A model generated the notes under the pieces. It did no database searches. It was given only the letters and a program-made list of their open reading frames with translations, and was not told the DNA's origin. A stretch of DNA of 64,000 nt, from positions 1,612,001-1,676,000 of the forward strand of contig NW_027117338.1 of the NCBI RefSeq assembly GCF_038025025.1, in the 5' to 3' direction. A program made the translations under genes and the position numbers. The DNA is from Phyllosticta citribraziliensis. Its lineage: Eukaryota. Positions 34,244-46,891 of the stretch are shown here, piece after piece (positions within the stretch are counted from its first letter, which is position 1; the number at the start of each line of letters is the position of its first letter).

Positions 34244-37200
34244 CTTGGCTCGTCGGCCTGGCCGCGTGCCTGCAATCCGTCCAATCCACTCTGCGTGCAA
34301 CCACAGTGCTACTCCTGCGCTACCGGTGGAACCACCTTGCTGCCTCTGTCCACTCAGCGACACCATCGTGTCTCAGGGCCCGCAGAGACCCAAAAAATGT
34401 CACGACTCGCCAGAGCCCTTGCTGTCCCGTCCCCGTCACCACTCTCCCCTCTCCCACGAGAAAATCCACAAGACAAAGCCACGCGCAAAACTATCCAGAC
34501 AATCCCTTTGTGCTCCCATGCCCGTCATCTTCCTCACCGCTGTCGCCTGCGAGCGTTGGACCCGACAGAGACACCGTCTCACTCTGCCGCCGCCCTTTAA
34601 TGCTCAAGGAACATCCCTCCAGAATGCCGTCAAGGCCACGGCCGTCCCGTTCCGACGGCCAACCGTCATCCCATCTCCCAGCCCCCACCTCTTGGGATTT
34701 TGGCCTCAGCCTCACCCTTTCCCCAGACGTCCCGTCACCTCCTGCTGCCTGCCCGCTGTTTCCTCGATCATGTCTCTGGAACAATTGCGCAATCCCCGAA
34801 ATAGACGCCTCAAATTTGGTCGCTTCGTGCTCCGCTTTGCCAACACACACAACTGGGGCGCTTTTTTTTTTTTCTAGAAAGACCGACGCTACCGCGCCGC
34901 AGCGTTGGCCGTTGATCGTCTGCATATCAACCGACAAGCCGAACATGATGCCGAAGCCGTGCGCCCGCTGCAGAATCTTGTCCCGAAACAGGTCGTCAGC
35001 AACCGCAGAGCCCGGCACGGTCGAGCAGACTCCGACTTGACATTAGCAAGGCGTTGTGATGGTGCTGCAGGACGGCTCATGGATGGCCGTCGACGGTTGG
35101 AGAGCGTCAGCGGCATCGGGGATATTCGGCTCATGACGTGCCAAGTCGATTGCAGGGGACTCGTTGCCAGTCGCCAGCGCCACGCAACCACGTCCCGACC
35201 ACCTCTCCACCAACCACTGCATCTCATGCGCTGCGCTTGCTTCGACATGGCCTTGATCAGATGCCTGCCGCTTCGCCATTCCACGCCGAGATACGCCCTC
35301 GACACGAGCGATACCACTCTCAACCGCCCACCCTCACACAAGCCCGCCTCATGCTCCACATCTGGAGCCGCTCCTGCAGCTGTTGCTGAACTGTAAAACA
35401 ACCTTCAATTTCCAACCCCAGCCACGACTGGACGTCGGTCCTGCTGGCCAAGTGGGTTCAACCAAGTCTTCCAATCAGGCTGAGTCTACTGCATGCTCAT
35501 CACCAGAGAATACACTGATAACAACCCATCCGAAAACCCCGCTCCGCTTATCCATCTCAATCGGCTTCCTTCCCCTCATCTCACTCTGGCTCCATGTTCG
35601 GTATCACCTTGACGTCTCATCATCACGTCATGGCTGTGGATACCATGATACGTGGGCACCAAGTCGGTACCTGCACCACGAACCTACCACCACCCCCCGT
35701 CTTGGACTAGCCGTTGGCCTCGCCTGCACCAGACCTAGCCAGTGAGCCAACCAAGCTCCGAGTAGTGCGTCCATGCACAAGCAGTTGTGCTAAACGGCCA
35801 AACAGCCGAACGCACAGCTGCTTGGTGCTTCGCCTCGCGCCTTGGTCGGCCGGCCGGTTTGTCGTCTGAGTGGCTTGGTCTCGGCATTTTCATGTCGAGA
35901 GCGGTACCTGCTCTACGTAGGAGAGTGCATGTAAGGCATTGTAGGTATTATTCACCAGTGTGGCGAAGATCAAGGCACGATGTCGGCTTTGGCTCTGGCT
36001 CACCAACACAGACCAGACCGTGAGTTGCTCAGAGGTAGGTTTGTGGACCTTTTCTTTTTTTTTCTTTTTTTTTTCTCTTCGTCCTTGGCCCGCTCTCTTC
36101 TCCCGTCCGTCCTTGCTCGAGCGCCAGACACAGATGCTCTGCTGGACTGTGTCACTTGACCGGTGGCAGGGTCTTGGGGACGGGACGCAAAAAGGCAGAG
36201 GCTACCGGGGTGGATGGACCGCTTCGTCGACTGTGTGTGCGGATACCGTGGCCATCACCAAGTTGCTCTGTGTGGACGACTGCTCATCATCAGCCAGTAG
36301 AGGAGCTGGGCTGCAGCGGCTGTGGTCAACACCGCCACTGTTGGTCGCTATTCTTGTCCCGTCCCATTATTGTTCTAGCTCGGTACGTTCTTCTGCGGAG
36401 CTTCCAACAACAACCGCAGACCAACGAGCTGCGAGCACATGCAGCCGCCAGTTCTGGAAACTCCTTGCTCGACGTACACGCTGACAATCGAGCTCGGCAG
36501 ACCACCCAAGGAAAGTACCTCTACATCTTTTCACCCGTCGCGTTGCAATCTCGCCCGCTACAAACATGCCGCTTCCCCTACACACCTCGCCATCTAGCTG
36601 CATGAACCGCTCCCTCTCACCTCTCCTTCGCCGCTTAGCCGCCACTCAAATGCCACTCAAATGCCTGTCTACTCGCCTTTCCCCCCACTCCCTCTACTCA
36701 TTAGCCGCATGAACCGCTACTCGCTCGCCCGTCCATCCACCTCTGCCCCATCAAATCTATCCATGGACCGGGCTGGACTGCCCGCCTTGCAGCGAGGAGA
36801 CTGCCTATTTACGGCAACCTTGGGCCTTGCAGCTTGCTGCATCATCTCGAATCGAGTCGAGCAAGCGGCAGTGGCGGCGGCGGCGGCGGCAGTGATGTGA
36901 AGGCGGTATAGACGCGGGAGGGTGGTTTATGCAAGACGGTTTTTGAGGTGAGTGCCGTGGCGCAGCAATGCTCCGATTATGCGACTAACTGTACGAATGG
37001 CTCGCAGCGGACGAAACCGATGGTAGTTTACTTGTTCGTTTGGTTTGGTTTGGTTTGTTTTCGTCAGTGTTTGTCTGTTTGTTGAAACGGTAAACACCAG
37101 ATCCGCTACGCCTCCAGTCTTCTCTTTGATCGCATCATCCGTCCTCTTGCTTCGCACATTGCTTGAACGTTTCTTTTGCTATGGGTAGCGAGAGCGTCTG

Positions 37201-38073
37201 GTGGAATCGTTGTGTCTATCCATCTACAGATGTGTGGGATGCAAGCATCTACTCCGCACTCCGCCGCTGCCCAAGCCCCAGAAGTTCCATCCGTCTAATC
37301 CAGTCTTCACCAACTACTCCTCTTAGCTCTCTTACCGCTCAGTCAATCCTACCTAATTCCTCTTGACCGCCACCAGTGCTGCGGCGGCAGGAGCAGAAAG
37401 AAGCCATCTCACCGACACCGCGGCGCTGCATCGACGTGCAGACAGAGCAGAGCTACGCCTCTACGTCTCCCCCGGCATACTCACCGATGACAATGGTGTA
37501 AATGCACATTGCATCCTTTTTCATGTCCTTTCGCTGTATTTTTCACGCGCATCTCGTTACATTGGTCATGCTTTTGGCCGCCACGTTTTTTTTTTTTTTT
37601 TTGAGTCCACCCCAACGCATTTGTTTCACAGGTCCGGCAGATCTGCCACGAACATGGAATATAGAGAACATTTTGTAGTACAGTATTATTCCAAGCAAGA
37701 TGTCATGTCAGAATGAAAACGTCGCGGCCTTGTACACCGAACACTGCACTGTTGTATCCATGCTCGGTGAAGAGCTTCCATTCAAGGACGGCAATGTACC
37801 ATTTACAGTTGATTCAAAGGACTGCCTACCTTTGACCCTTCTTTTCCAACTCCGTCATCAAACTGTGTGACACTATAATCATAAAGCGTGCGGTGTGAGT
37901 TATCTTTCTACCATTCACGCGCCAATGAGTACTCTCAAGGGCAGGAGAGTCTTCGTCGCTTGCCCGCCGTGATGGCCACGACGCGCGATATGGCAACAAG
38001 GAATACTTCTCGTGGGCGACGTGCGTTCCTTCACCCGTGCCAATCAATCAGGCGTTGGGCAGTGTGCCAATAA

Positions 38074-38155
38074 ACGAATGCTCCTTGTGCGTGGCTGTAT
38101 TCGGGGATGACAGCTTCAGAAACGTGATCAATTTCTCCCATGAGCCCCCCCCATT
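38074..38155. repeat. Degenerate 33-bp-period array of the dispersed family
   Basis: ACGAATGCTCCTTGTG at 38074, ATGACAGCTTC at 38107 and ATGAGCCCCCC at 38140. The first two cores are followed by CGTG, as in the 52.9-kb copy. Confidence 0.55.
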
Positions 38156-38817
38156 CGATTCCGCAAGTGCGCCAGCCAGCGGATGCTGGTGTTTTGGCAT
38201 GTCTGTTCGCCGCATCTTGGATTTGGTCTGCTTGGTTCCTGGCAACCAATTCTCTTCCTACTCGCTTTTTGTCCGTTCTTGTGGCGCTGGGCTTGCTGTA
38301 TGAGCTGGAAGCGCCAATGCTGATGAGGTATGGTGCTGGTGCTGTGCGTGCGGTACATGAGGTCTGGCACCTGCCCCCTTATCTACTTTTCTGTTGTTGC
38401 CTACGCTGCAGAAATAAGGAGAAGAAGTAGGAAGCTTGTCTGGCGACTTGGGCCCAAATCACCGCGGCGTAAACATTGAACTAGATGAAATGAATTTCTA
38501 TCGACGACTCTATGGTTGAGACTGCACAATGTGAAGCAGCAGCTAGTTTTAATTTTTTTCCACAGAACACTGCGAGCATTTGCCCACCAGAGTATTCCTT
38601 ACACTCACTCTACAGGGCAGCCAGACAATCATTCGACGACACCACCTCACCAGATCAACAACCGTGATGCCCGGCGGCAAGTAGTCGAGGAAACAAACAC
38701 ATGCCAAACACGTCTCGAAACCTGCTACGCCACGCGCCCGCCAATCCTCAACCGCGCGCCTCGCACGCCCCCTTAGTGCATACAAACACAGTTCCACAAC
38801 GACGGCGATCAGCACGC

Positions 38818-38851
38818 TGTCTCGCGTCGTCTCGTCTCGTCTCGTCTCGTC
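38818..38851. repeat. (CGTCT)n pentanucleotide microsatellite
   Basis: Directly visible. Confidence 0.85.
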
Positions 38852-41548
38852 TGGTCTCGACGCCCGCAACAACGACAGTGACGCCATGTGGAACGGTCCT
38901 ACGATTGCGTGGCGGCAAGAGTAGAGCCAGCGCGTAAGTGGCCACCAGGCCGGCGCTTAACGCAGCGCCGCCAGCCCAGCGCTTCCTCGACGACGGCGAC
39001 GAGACGAGAAAACTCCCGTGTCGTTTCGATCGCTCGCTTCGTCGCTTGCCTTCATCCATGCGCCATCAAATTCAAATTTTGCACTCCAAAGCCAGCTGCT
39101 TGCGAAGGGGTATCGACAGGCCCGCTCCGCACCGCACGCACCCAACGAGCTGGCCCTCCCGACAGCGCGTGCCACAAGCGGAGCCGCGGAGCCGGCTCGG
39201 CATGGGCGCCGTTTGCGATTGTAGGTGCTGCGTCGGACGCCATACATACGTACCTGTCGACCTGTCGAACGGGCTCAACATTCCTGTTTACGAATATGTA
39301 TATATGTAAAGACGGGATGCAACGCCCCGCCTGACCCCGTTTCTGATGCAGAAATGTCGGCTGGGAGGTCAATCGAGCAAGAGCTCCAGCTCCAGCATCA
39401 AGGCTCGGTCCGTCATGGCACGGCGTCCGTCGGCGACGCCGTCGCATAGATGTGTGCGGTATGTAGTTATCCCAGCGATGGGTCGCAAGTCTACATGTCA
39501 ATACAAGGGGCCGCGCGCGAGGCCGGGACCTGCGTCCCGATCTAATAATGACTCAACCAGATACATACGTGCTCCGCACGCGGATAGGCCAGGCGCTCCA
39601 TTCTTGTGCGGAGCGGAGAGGTCAGGCGCCGGCACACTTCTCCTCCTCCTGTCTCGAGACGACGCGAACACCTCTTTCAGCTGTCGGGGGCCTTGCAGCG
39701 CGCCCGCTCGCCTGCTGCTACAAACCATGCGTAGGCGAGGCAGCGTGACAGCCCGCGACAGGGGAGAGCGAGCCGGTGGGGAAGGGAATCCGGGGGGTGC
39801 ACGAGGGGCACGGTTTGATAAGGAAGGGGGTTTATATGACACGGCTCATGGATTTGCTGTACGGATGGGTTTTGCGCCCGTTTAGGGAACGCAACGCTGC
39901 GAGCTGACTCGAAAGGCTGACGTCGAGCCTTGCTCTCGTCGAGAGTGGGAGATGATGATTCGTCGCCGCCCGACGTCGGACGCAACCGGGGCGCGATGAA
40001 AATGTGATGGACCGCCGTGGGTGGCGAGATCCACGAGATGGGCGGTTCTCACGGCGCGGCAGCTGCTGCTGCATCATGCGATGGATGCCAGCCCTGAGGA
40101 TCCGGAGGGCGCTGATTAGTCGAGGTAAGCCTTACAAGGAAGTCAGACTGGATCGATGAGCAGAAACAGTTGGACGAGAGGCGTGGAGATGGGGTCAGAC
40201 TGACGCACTGGATTGGGAAGTCCAGCATGCCGTTGCAATCATGTCGGAGCTGCCAGAGCGTCGCCACAGGGACTCTTCGCACACGAGCTTGCGCGACCAC
40301 TTTCGTAACTGCTGTGCTGCTGCGCAACATGGTGCCGTCTGTCGCTCCCTCGTTTCCGTTATTGCTGCTGTGCGACGAGGCAATCTTGCAATCCCGCCAC
40401 TTGCATGACAGGAGGGCCGGATCGCACATGGGCCAGACATGGCCGGACAATGCTCGCGCGTCAGATTGCAGATTGGTCGTGGAACCGGGCCAAGTTTATC
40501 TTTGGCCAAAAGTTGCCAATGCCTGTTGCACACGGGGAGGCTGCCCGTGACTGGCCAAGCGTTGCAGCACGTTGCCATTTCCACATCCGGGAAAAGGTGT
40601 TGGCGGATCTTCTGATCGAGCCGGCGGGCCGGAGTGCGAAGGTGGTACAAACGTCATGGCAATCGTTCTGACGTGGTGGACTTGGTGTGGCTTCGACTGG
40701 CTCTGGATGGCTAAAGTGCAGTCCAACATGGTCGACATCAAAGCTTTTGGTGAGGCTTGCAGTCCTGCAGACGATGAAGAAAAGCAAAGTGTCGTGAGTT
40801 GTTCAGCGGCCGATGCGAGTGTTGAGATGGTGCATCATCGACTCTTCATGTCTTTGAATCCCCAGTAGAAGAGAAGCCATTCCCTCGCCTCAACCTCCGC
40901 GAAATCCTGTTGTGTTGATTGGCCAGGAATGAGCTGACGGCATTGTACCAGCAGGTAGGTTCATGAAAGACCACATCGATCATACCAGAAAGACGACCGT
41001 CGTGAGCCGGAGAAGGCCATTTTTCCTGTCTCTTAGTTTCCTTTGTCCTCATTTCGACACGTGCGAGTGAAACAGCTCTTGGTTCAGCGCACAAGAAGGC
41101 TTCATTCAGTTGTCAAGGCCGTGAGAATGTGAGTATCTCCAAAATGATGATGGAAGAGGTGCAAAGTTGATGGAAAACGGAAAGCGCAGACGACGTTATG
41201 GCCTCGAGACCCAGCCCCGCCAAAGGAAGTTCGGCCCCGGGAAAGGCCGATTCGGCAGAGGGTTTTGACATCATCTGTCAACCCCTCGCCAAGACAGTCC
41301 AACATCAGAACAAACATCGACGCGGCATCTCGAGGTTAGATTGCGCGTTGCTAGAGGCTGTCGCGACCAAGTTGCTGAAGATCCGTTGACCGAAACCGAC
41401 CATCTCGCGGGCGGAAACAATGAGCTCGTGAGGGACAATAGCAGTAGAAACCAAAGCGACCGCTCGACAACCCCGGTGCATGCTTGCAGAGCCCACCATT
41501 TCCCAAAACGACCAGCCAGACCCGTGGACTTCCTTTATTCTTCAGTCG

Positions 41549-43267
41549 ATGCGACGCCGCAAAGTCGTCTTCAAACCCCGCAGCGCGTCCCAGCAGCAGC
41601 CGTCGCCGCACCAAGACCGCGCCCAAGCTGCCCGCAAACCATCCCCGACACGACGCCTGGACGAGCTGCTGTCCGATTCTGCGCGCATCGAAGAGCTTTC
41701 AGACTCCGAGTTTGAGACCATGGAGGGCGGCGGTGGTGGCGCTTCAGAGGTCGTGCCCCACCTTGTCGGTCTCGACATCAAACCCCTGCCCGAGATGTTT
41801 TCGCAGAAACCCGTGATTGAGGATGATCTGGAGACGGAAACTTCGCAAGAGCAGAGCAAGACCGTGGAAAAGGTTCTGCCGTTTCTGACGGGTAATCCAA
41901 ACAAATTTCCGCTCAACTCGCACGGTGTTCCGCATCTGAACAGGAAGGCTACCGTGCCATATGCCGCCGACGCATTGGACGAGTGGCCGGAGCAATTTAT
42001 CATCTTGGACGCGAGTCGACCATGGATTCCATACTGGAGTCTGACTGCACTGGCACTCCTGGGTGAGGATGTGACATCTAATCGAGAGGGGTAAGTTGTT
42101 GAAGATTCTACCAATCAACCCCTTGAACCGTTCGATATTCTCATTACAAACTAACACGATTAGACTCGCCGAGACTTACAGACCCCTTCAAGATTCAGCC
42201 GGTGGCTTTGGTGGTGGCCACGGTCAAACACCGCACGTCATCTGCTCCTACGCAACGACGCTCGCGCTCCTCACAGCCGGCGGGCCTCCCTGCTACGATG
42301 TCATCAATCGCACGACAATGCATTCCTTCCTAAGCCGAATGAAGCAGCCATCCGGCGGCTTCACTGTAACCGAAGATGGCGAAGAAGACGTGCGCGGAGC
42401 CTACTGCGCGCTGGTAATCACATCGCTCCTAAACCTGCCACTCACGCTGCCCTCGTCCGCACCAGCCTACGCAGCACTCAAAGCGCAGTGCAGCGGCGAC
42501 GAAGAGCCGACGCTCGTTACCGGGCTCAGCGCATGGCTGTCGCGGTGCCAGACGTTCGAAGGCGGCATCGGCGGCGCGCCGGACAACGAGGCGCACGGCG
42601 CGTACGCCTTTTGCGCGCTGGCCTGCCTCTGCATCATGGGGCCGCCTCGCGAGTCCATCGCGGCGTCCCTCGACGTGGCGGCGCTCGTCCGCTGGCTCAG
42701 CAGCAGGCAGCTGGCGCCCGAGGGCGGCTTCGCGGGCCGCGCCAACAAGCTCGTCGACGGCTGCTACAACCACTGGGTCGGCGGGTGCTGGGCGCTGGTG
42801 GAGGCGGCGCTGGGCCTGTCTGGCGAGGACGAGGAGCTGTGGAGTCGAGAGGGCATGATCAGGTATATTTTGTGCGCGTGTCAGGGCCCCAAGGGCGGGC
42901 TGAGGGATAAGCCGGGCAAGTGAGTGTTCTCCGTCCCCTTTCCACCCAACTCCTTCATCTAATACGTACCCTCATCAGACCCGTCGACGGCTACCACACT
43001 GCCTACAACCTGTGCGGTCTTTCGGCCGCCCAGCACCGCTACACGTATCCCAGCAACGCGTCCTCCGCCCAACTCTTCTCCGGCTCCCTCGCCGCGGCGT
43101 ACAATTGGGAAGCCGCGGACGTGCCGACTGGGAGGTTGCCATTCGACGAGAGCGACCGCGTCGGCCGCGTGCATCCCGTGTTTGTGCTGCCGTGGGGTAA
43201 AGCGGAGCTGGCGCGCGCGTACTTTGAGGAGAAGGGGTGGCCGGGGGAGGATTTGGAGAGGATGTGA
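41549..43267 (+). CDS. ram1: Protein farnesyltransferase beta subunit
   Basis: LDASRPWIPYW, GGFGGGHGQ, GEEDVRGAYC, EAHGAYAFC, NKLVDGCY and GGLRDKPGK|PVDGYH. Introns 42091-42163 and 42920-42978. Confidence 0.93.
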
Positions 43268-43563
43268 TTGATGGAGTGGTGGATTTTGGACATCGGGCAA
43301 AGGTGGTGGAATACCTTGCGAGGCATTGGGGCATGTGGGGGTGTAGTGTATAGTAGAATCCGCTGGTTGGGCCAATTGCTTGCCAGCTTGCTCCAGGGAG
43401 AGGGGCGAGCGAGGCACAATGGTGAGACATGCGGGTAGGTCGCCAATGACCATGTATCCAGTCTACGATTGTCCCTCGTGCTTGTCTACATACAAACCCC
43501 CGATCCCAGCCAGCATATCTAGCCCCTCTATGACGCACCCAGCAAATCAGACAATCAGCCAAC

Positions 43564-44159
43564 TCAAACCTCAAAGTAGACGGTCATGATGCCCTGCAGG
43601 AGAGGCTTGAGAAACGTCTTGATTTGGCCGTGGGCCTCGCAGCCCTCGTCGTAAAACTTCATGTCGTCGAGCGACTTGAAGACGGTGGTGGCGGCGACGG
43701 TGTAGCCCTGGTTGCGGCCGGCCGGGTCGGGAATGACCTTGGCGGCGCGCGCCGAGAGGATGTAGGGGGCCGAGTCCTGGTGGTGGTGGTGAGCCGAGGG
43801 GTACCTTACGGTAGGTGCGGACGTCATGGGAGGTAGGCAGCAATCGAGGCAGATGGATTGGAAAGAAACGGTGCCGGCTGCTGAGTGAGCGCGGGCGTGG
43901 CTGACCGGTGATGGACAGCAGCAGGTGGAGCGAGGCAACGGTGCGGGTGGTGTGGGGGATGATGTCTGAAATCAAGGGATGGGGAGACGGAGACGGCGAT
44001 GAAGTTTGAGGACCCGACGGGGCTTGACCCGAGGCTGTGGCATTGGAGAGGGAGTTGTCGTACCTTTTTCGCGTCGGCGGCCAGCGTCGTGTACTTTGCG
44101 AGCACGGCGGGGATTTGGTCTTCGGCGACCTTGAACAGGGTGACGCGGTTGATGGGCAT
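43564..44159 (-). CDS. Dabb family stress-responsive A/B barrel protein
   Basis: MPINRVTLFKV..KK|DSAPYILS..RNQGYT..FKSLDDMKFYDEGCEAH. Intron 43777-44063. Confidence 0.88.
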
Positions 44160-45102
44160 GATGGTGGCGTTTGTGCGACGGGAGGGACGGAGGACGGGAG
44201 AGCAGGATGCAGAGGTGCAGCGGAGGATGCAGCGAGGATGCAGGTGGGTCGGGCGGGCGGGCGGTCGGTCGGTGGAGGAGAGATTGGATCGAGGAGGAGG
44301 AGGAGGAGGAGGAAGAGAAGTAGGTTGGAGGAGTAGAGGAGTAGTAGTTGGTGATGGACGGGACCCCGCTGCGGATGGTGGGGGAGAGAGAGAGGCCAGG
44401 GACCTACCTCAGCCAGGCCGAACGCGGGGAAGAGGGAGACGGCACTCCCTCCCCCTGCTCCCTGCTCCATGCAATACTCTCCTACAGCACCGCACGTCCG
44501 TCTGTATTGACGGCTCAGTCCATGGACCGACGCTGCTGCTTGGGGCTCACCGCCAAAACAAACGTTTGACCGGCCTCAGTCAGACGGGATCCAGCAGCAC
44601 TTTCGTCAAGCATGCTCTGTATGTATGTATGTATGTATGTACTTCTAGTTCCACCTCATGCCAACTCATTGTGCATGAAGCGCGGTACGACCGTCTCCTG
44701 CGGCCTCTGGCTGGCTGCGCGTGCCCGCCAGGCTGGTTGGCTTTCCGGCGAACGTGCTGCTTGAGTGACCATCACGCCGTGGCGACCTGGACTACACGCC
44801 AACGGCGCCGAACCCTCGATCAATCCGCCTTTCCCCATCCGTCCTCTCACTGGACTGGCCAAAACGCCCGCCAGCACATCACTCGACTGAACAAGAGCCT
44901 CCATCCAAGCTTACATATTCACCGTGTCCCGCCTCTCTCACGCACGTTTCCACCACTGCTACTGCTCCTGCTCCCCTCCAACTTTCGAGTCCCTTGGCTC
45001 GACTCGACAATCATCGAGACAAAAGAAAAAGCCTTCCGCCTGTCGTGACACAGCCCTCCTGCGATTGTCGACCAGTTTGGAATCCCACGCGCCCAATTCA
45101 TC

Positions 45103-45647
45103 ATGTTCTACATCATGTACTTGACCGGTTAGTCGTCTTGCAACTGCCCATTGCTTTTCTGACCCTCGCTTCCTGTTCCAAAGGCCTCTGCCAGCGCCGC
45201 CATTGGCCCGACCCGCTCTACGAATGCTACCGCTCCCGTCACGGCTTCACCTGCACCGTCCGAGTCAACAATCGCGAATACACGACCGACGCCGCCTACG
45301 AGTCGGACGAGCTGGCCCGCAATGCTGCCGCGACCCGTGCCTACATGATTTGCCGCAACTTTTCCGTCAACGACGGCATGTACCCGGGCCAGAGGCAGGG
45401 CCAGGCCGGCGTCATCCAAGGCCTGCCCGTCGCCATTGGCACGGGCCGCCGCAGCACCTACAGCTCCTCCAACGACTACGACAGCACCAGCGGCGGCAGC
45501 AGTCCTAGGAGCTCCGACTACGGCCTCGAGCCCCCCGCCAGCCGCAGATCCAGCAAAAGCTCCTCTGGCAGCTGCTTCTGCGGCAGAGGCGAGGTCCGCG
45601 CCTACGAGAGGTGCACCTCGTGTCTGCGCGAGGGTGGCTGGCGCTGA
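45103..45647 (+). CDS. Small protein with a dsRNA-binding-domain-like fold
   Basis: MFYIMYLT|GLCQRRHWPDPLYEC..FTCTVRVNNREY..ARNAAATRAY fits an alpha-beta-beta-beta-alpha pattern. Intron 45128-45183. Confidence 0.75.
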
Positions 45648-46891
45648 CCAACGCCTCGTCTTTTCGTCCTTTCAAGATTTCGCTTCTCACGACCACTTCA
45701 CTTACGATCTTACGACTCTGTCTTCTTAATCCGGGCGGCTTGTTTGATTACACTGAATTCAAGAAATCCAGCGTCAGTCGGGCCACGGCACTGCCTGGAC
45801 ATACCACGACCGTCTCGCGTGTTTGGGCGGCCTCTTAATTGGTTTCCTTTGGGCCAAAACAAAACTGCATGAACGATAGCATCTCGGCGGAGGGTCACCG
45901 GCGGGCGGCTTTTTTGCTCCTTTTTCTCCTACAGACACGGCCTTTTTTGGACATGGCATGTCGTCGACTTTTATATTTTCTTCTCTTGGGATGTCGGTTG
46001 TGGCGGCGCAGGATTCGGCTGTCGCTTCTGCAGCTTTTCTTTTCGCCCAACGGTCGCTTAACGCTCCCTCTGCACCAGACTGGCGGTTTCGCGATCCACT
46101 GGGAGGGGACATAGCCAAATCAATCGATGCAGTCCATTTCTCTGCCACGCGTATCCCATCATGGATTCTTCGTCACTCACCGCGCACTGACTTTGTTGAA
46201 CGATCGCTCCGAAGCAAAAGCCCACAAAGTTCTCTGCACACGTTTCGCCCATGGTTCGTGTTTGAGATTCGCTGGGTTATCCATGCTCTTGGTTGAGTGC
46301 ACTGGCGAAAAGGTGGTCTGTTCAACAATCGATGCGCGGACGGTACGGTCCGCGACGCTCGAGCTTCCCAGACCCGCGGTACCGCGGGCCCGTTGTTCGT
46401 CGCAGAGTTGTTTTTCTTTCTTTGCTTCTTTCACCGCCCACATGGCTGGTGCTTGGACGCCATTGGTTGAGAAAGGGAGAATATCTGCTCATCGATGCGG
46501 TCGGTTGTCATCCCCACCCCTGGCTACGCAAGTCTGGTATTGCCGCGCGAAAGTGTCGCGGCACGGTAAGGCTAGGGACTGGAGACCGTGGAAATTTCCT
46601 GTTTGTTTGCTTTTTCCTTTCTCTTCCTCTCGCGTGTTGGGGGAACGACTGACGATGAATAGTGCCATGGAGTCAACATTGTCGCCTCCTGGGGAAGGTC
46701 GCTTATTCGGGCTGATCAATCTGGTAAGAACACTTTCCTTGCTAGAGTTCCATGGATGAATCGAATTCTCGTCGTCTGGTGGTCCTAGGAGGGATATTTT
46801 GGACGATTGTTGGGGTTTTGATGCGTATAAAGAGCTCACTCATAGCCCGCGGAAACCTTCATGTTCTCGACATCTTTCAAGTCACATCACC

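Noticed and set aside
33917..35401. Several 170-290 aa ORFs in the large intergenic region
   Set aside because: Low-complexity, microsatellite-derived translations with no recognisable domains or coherent exon structure.
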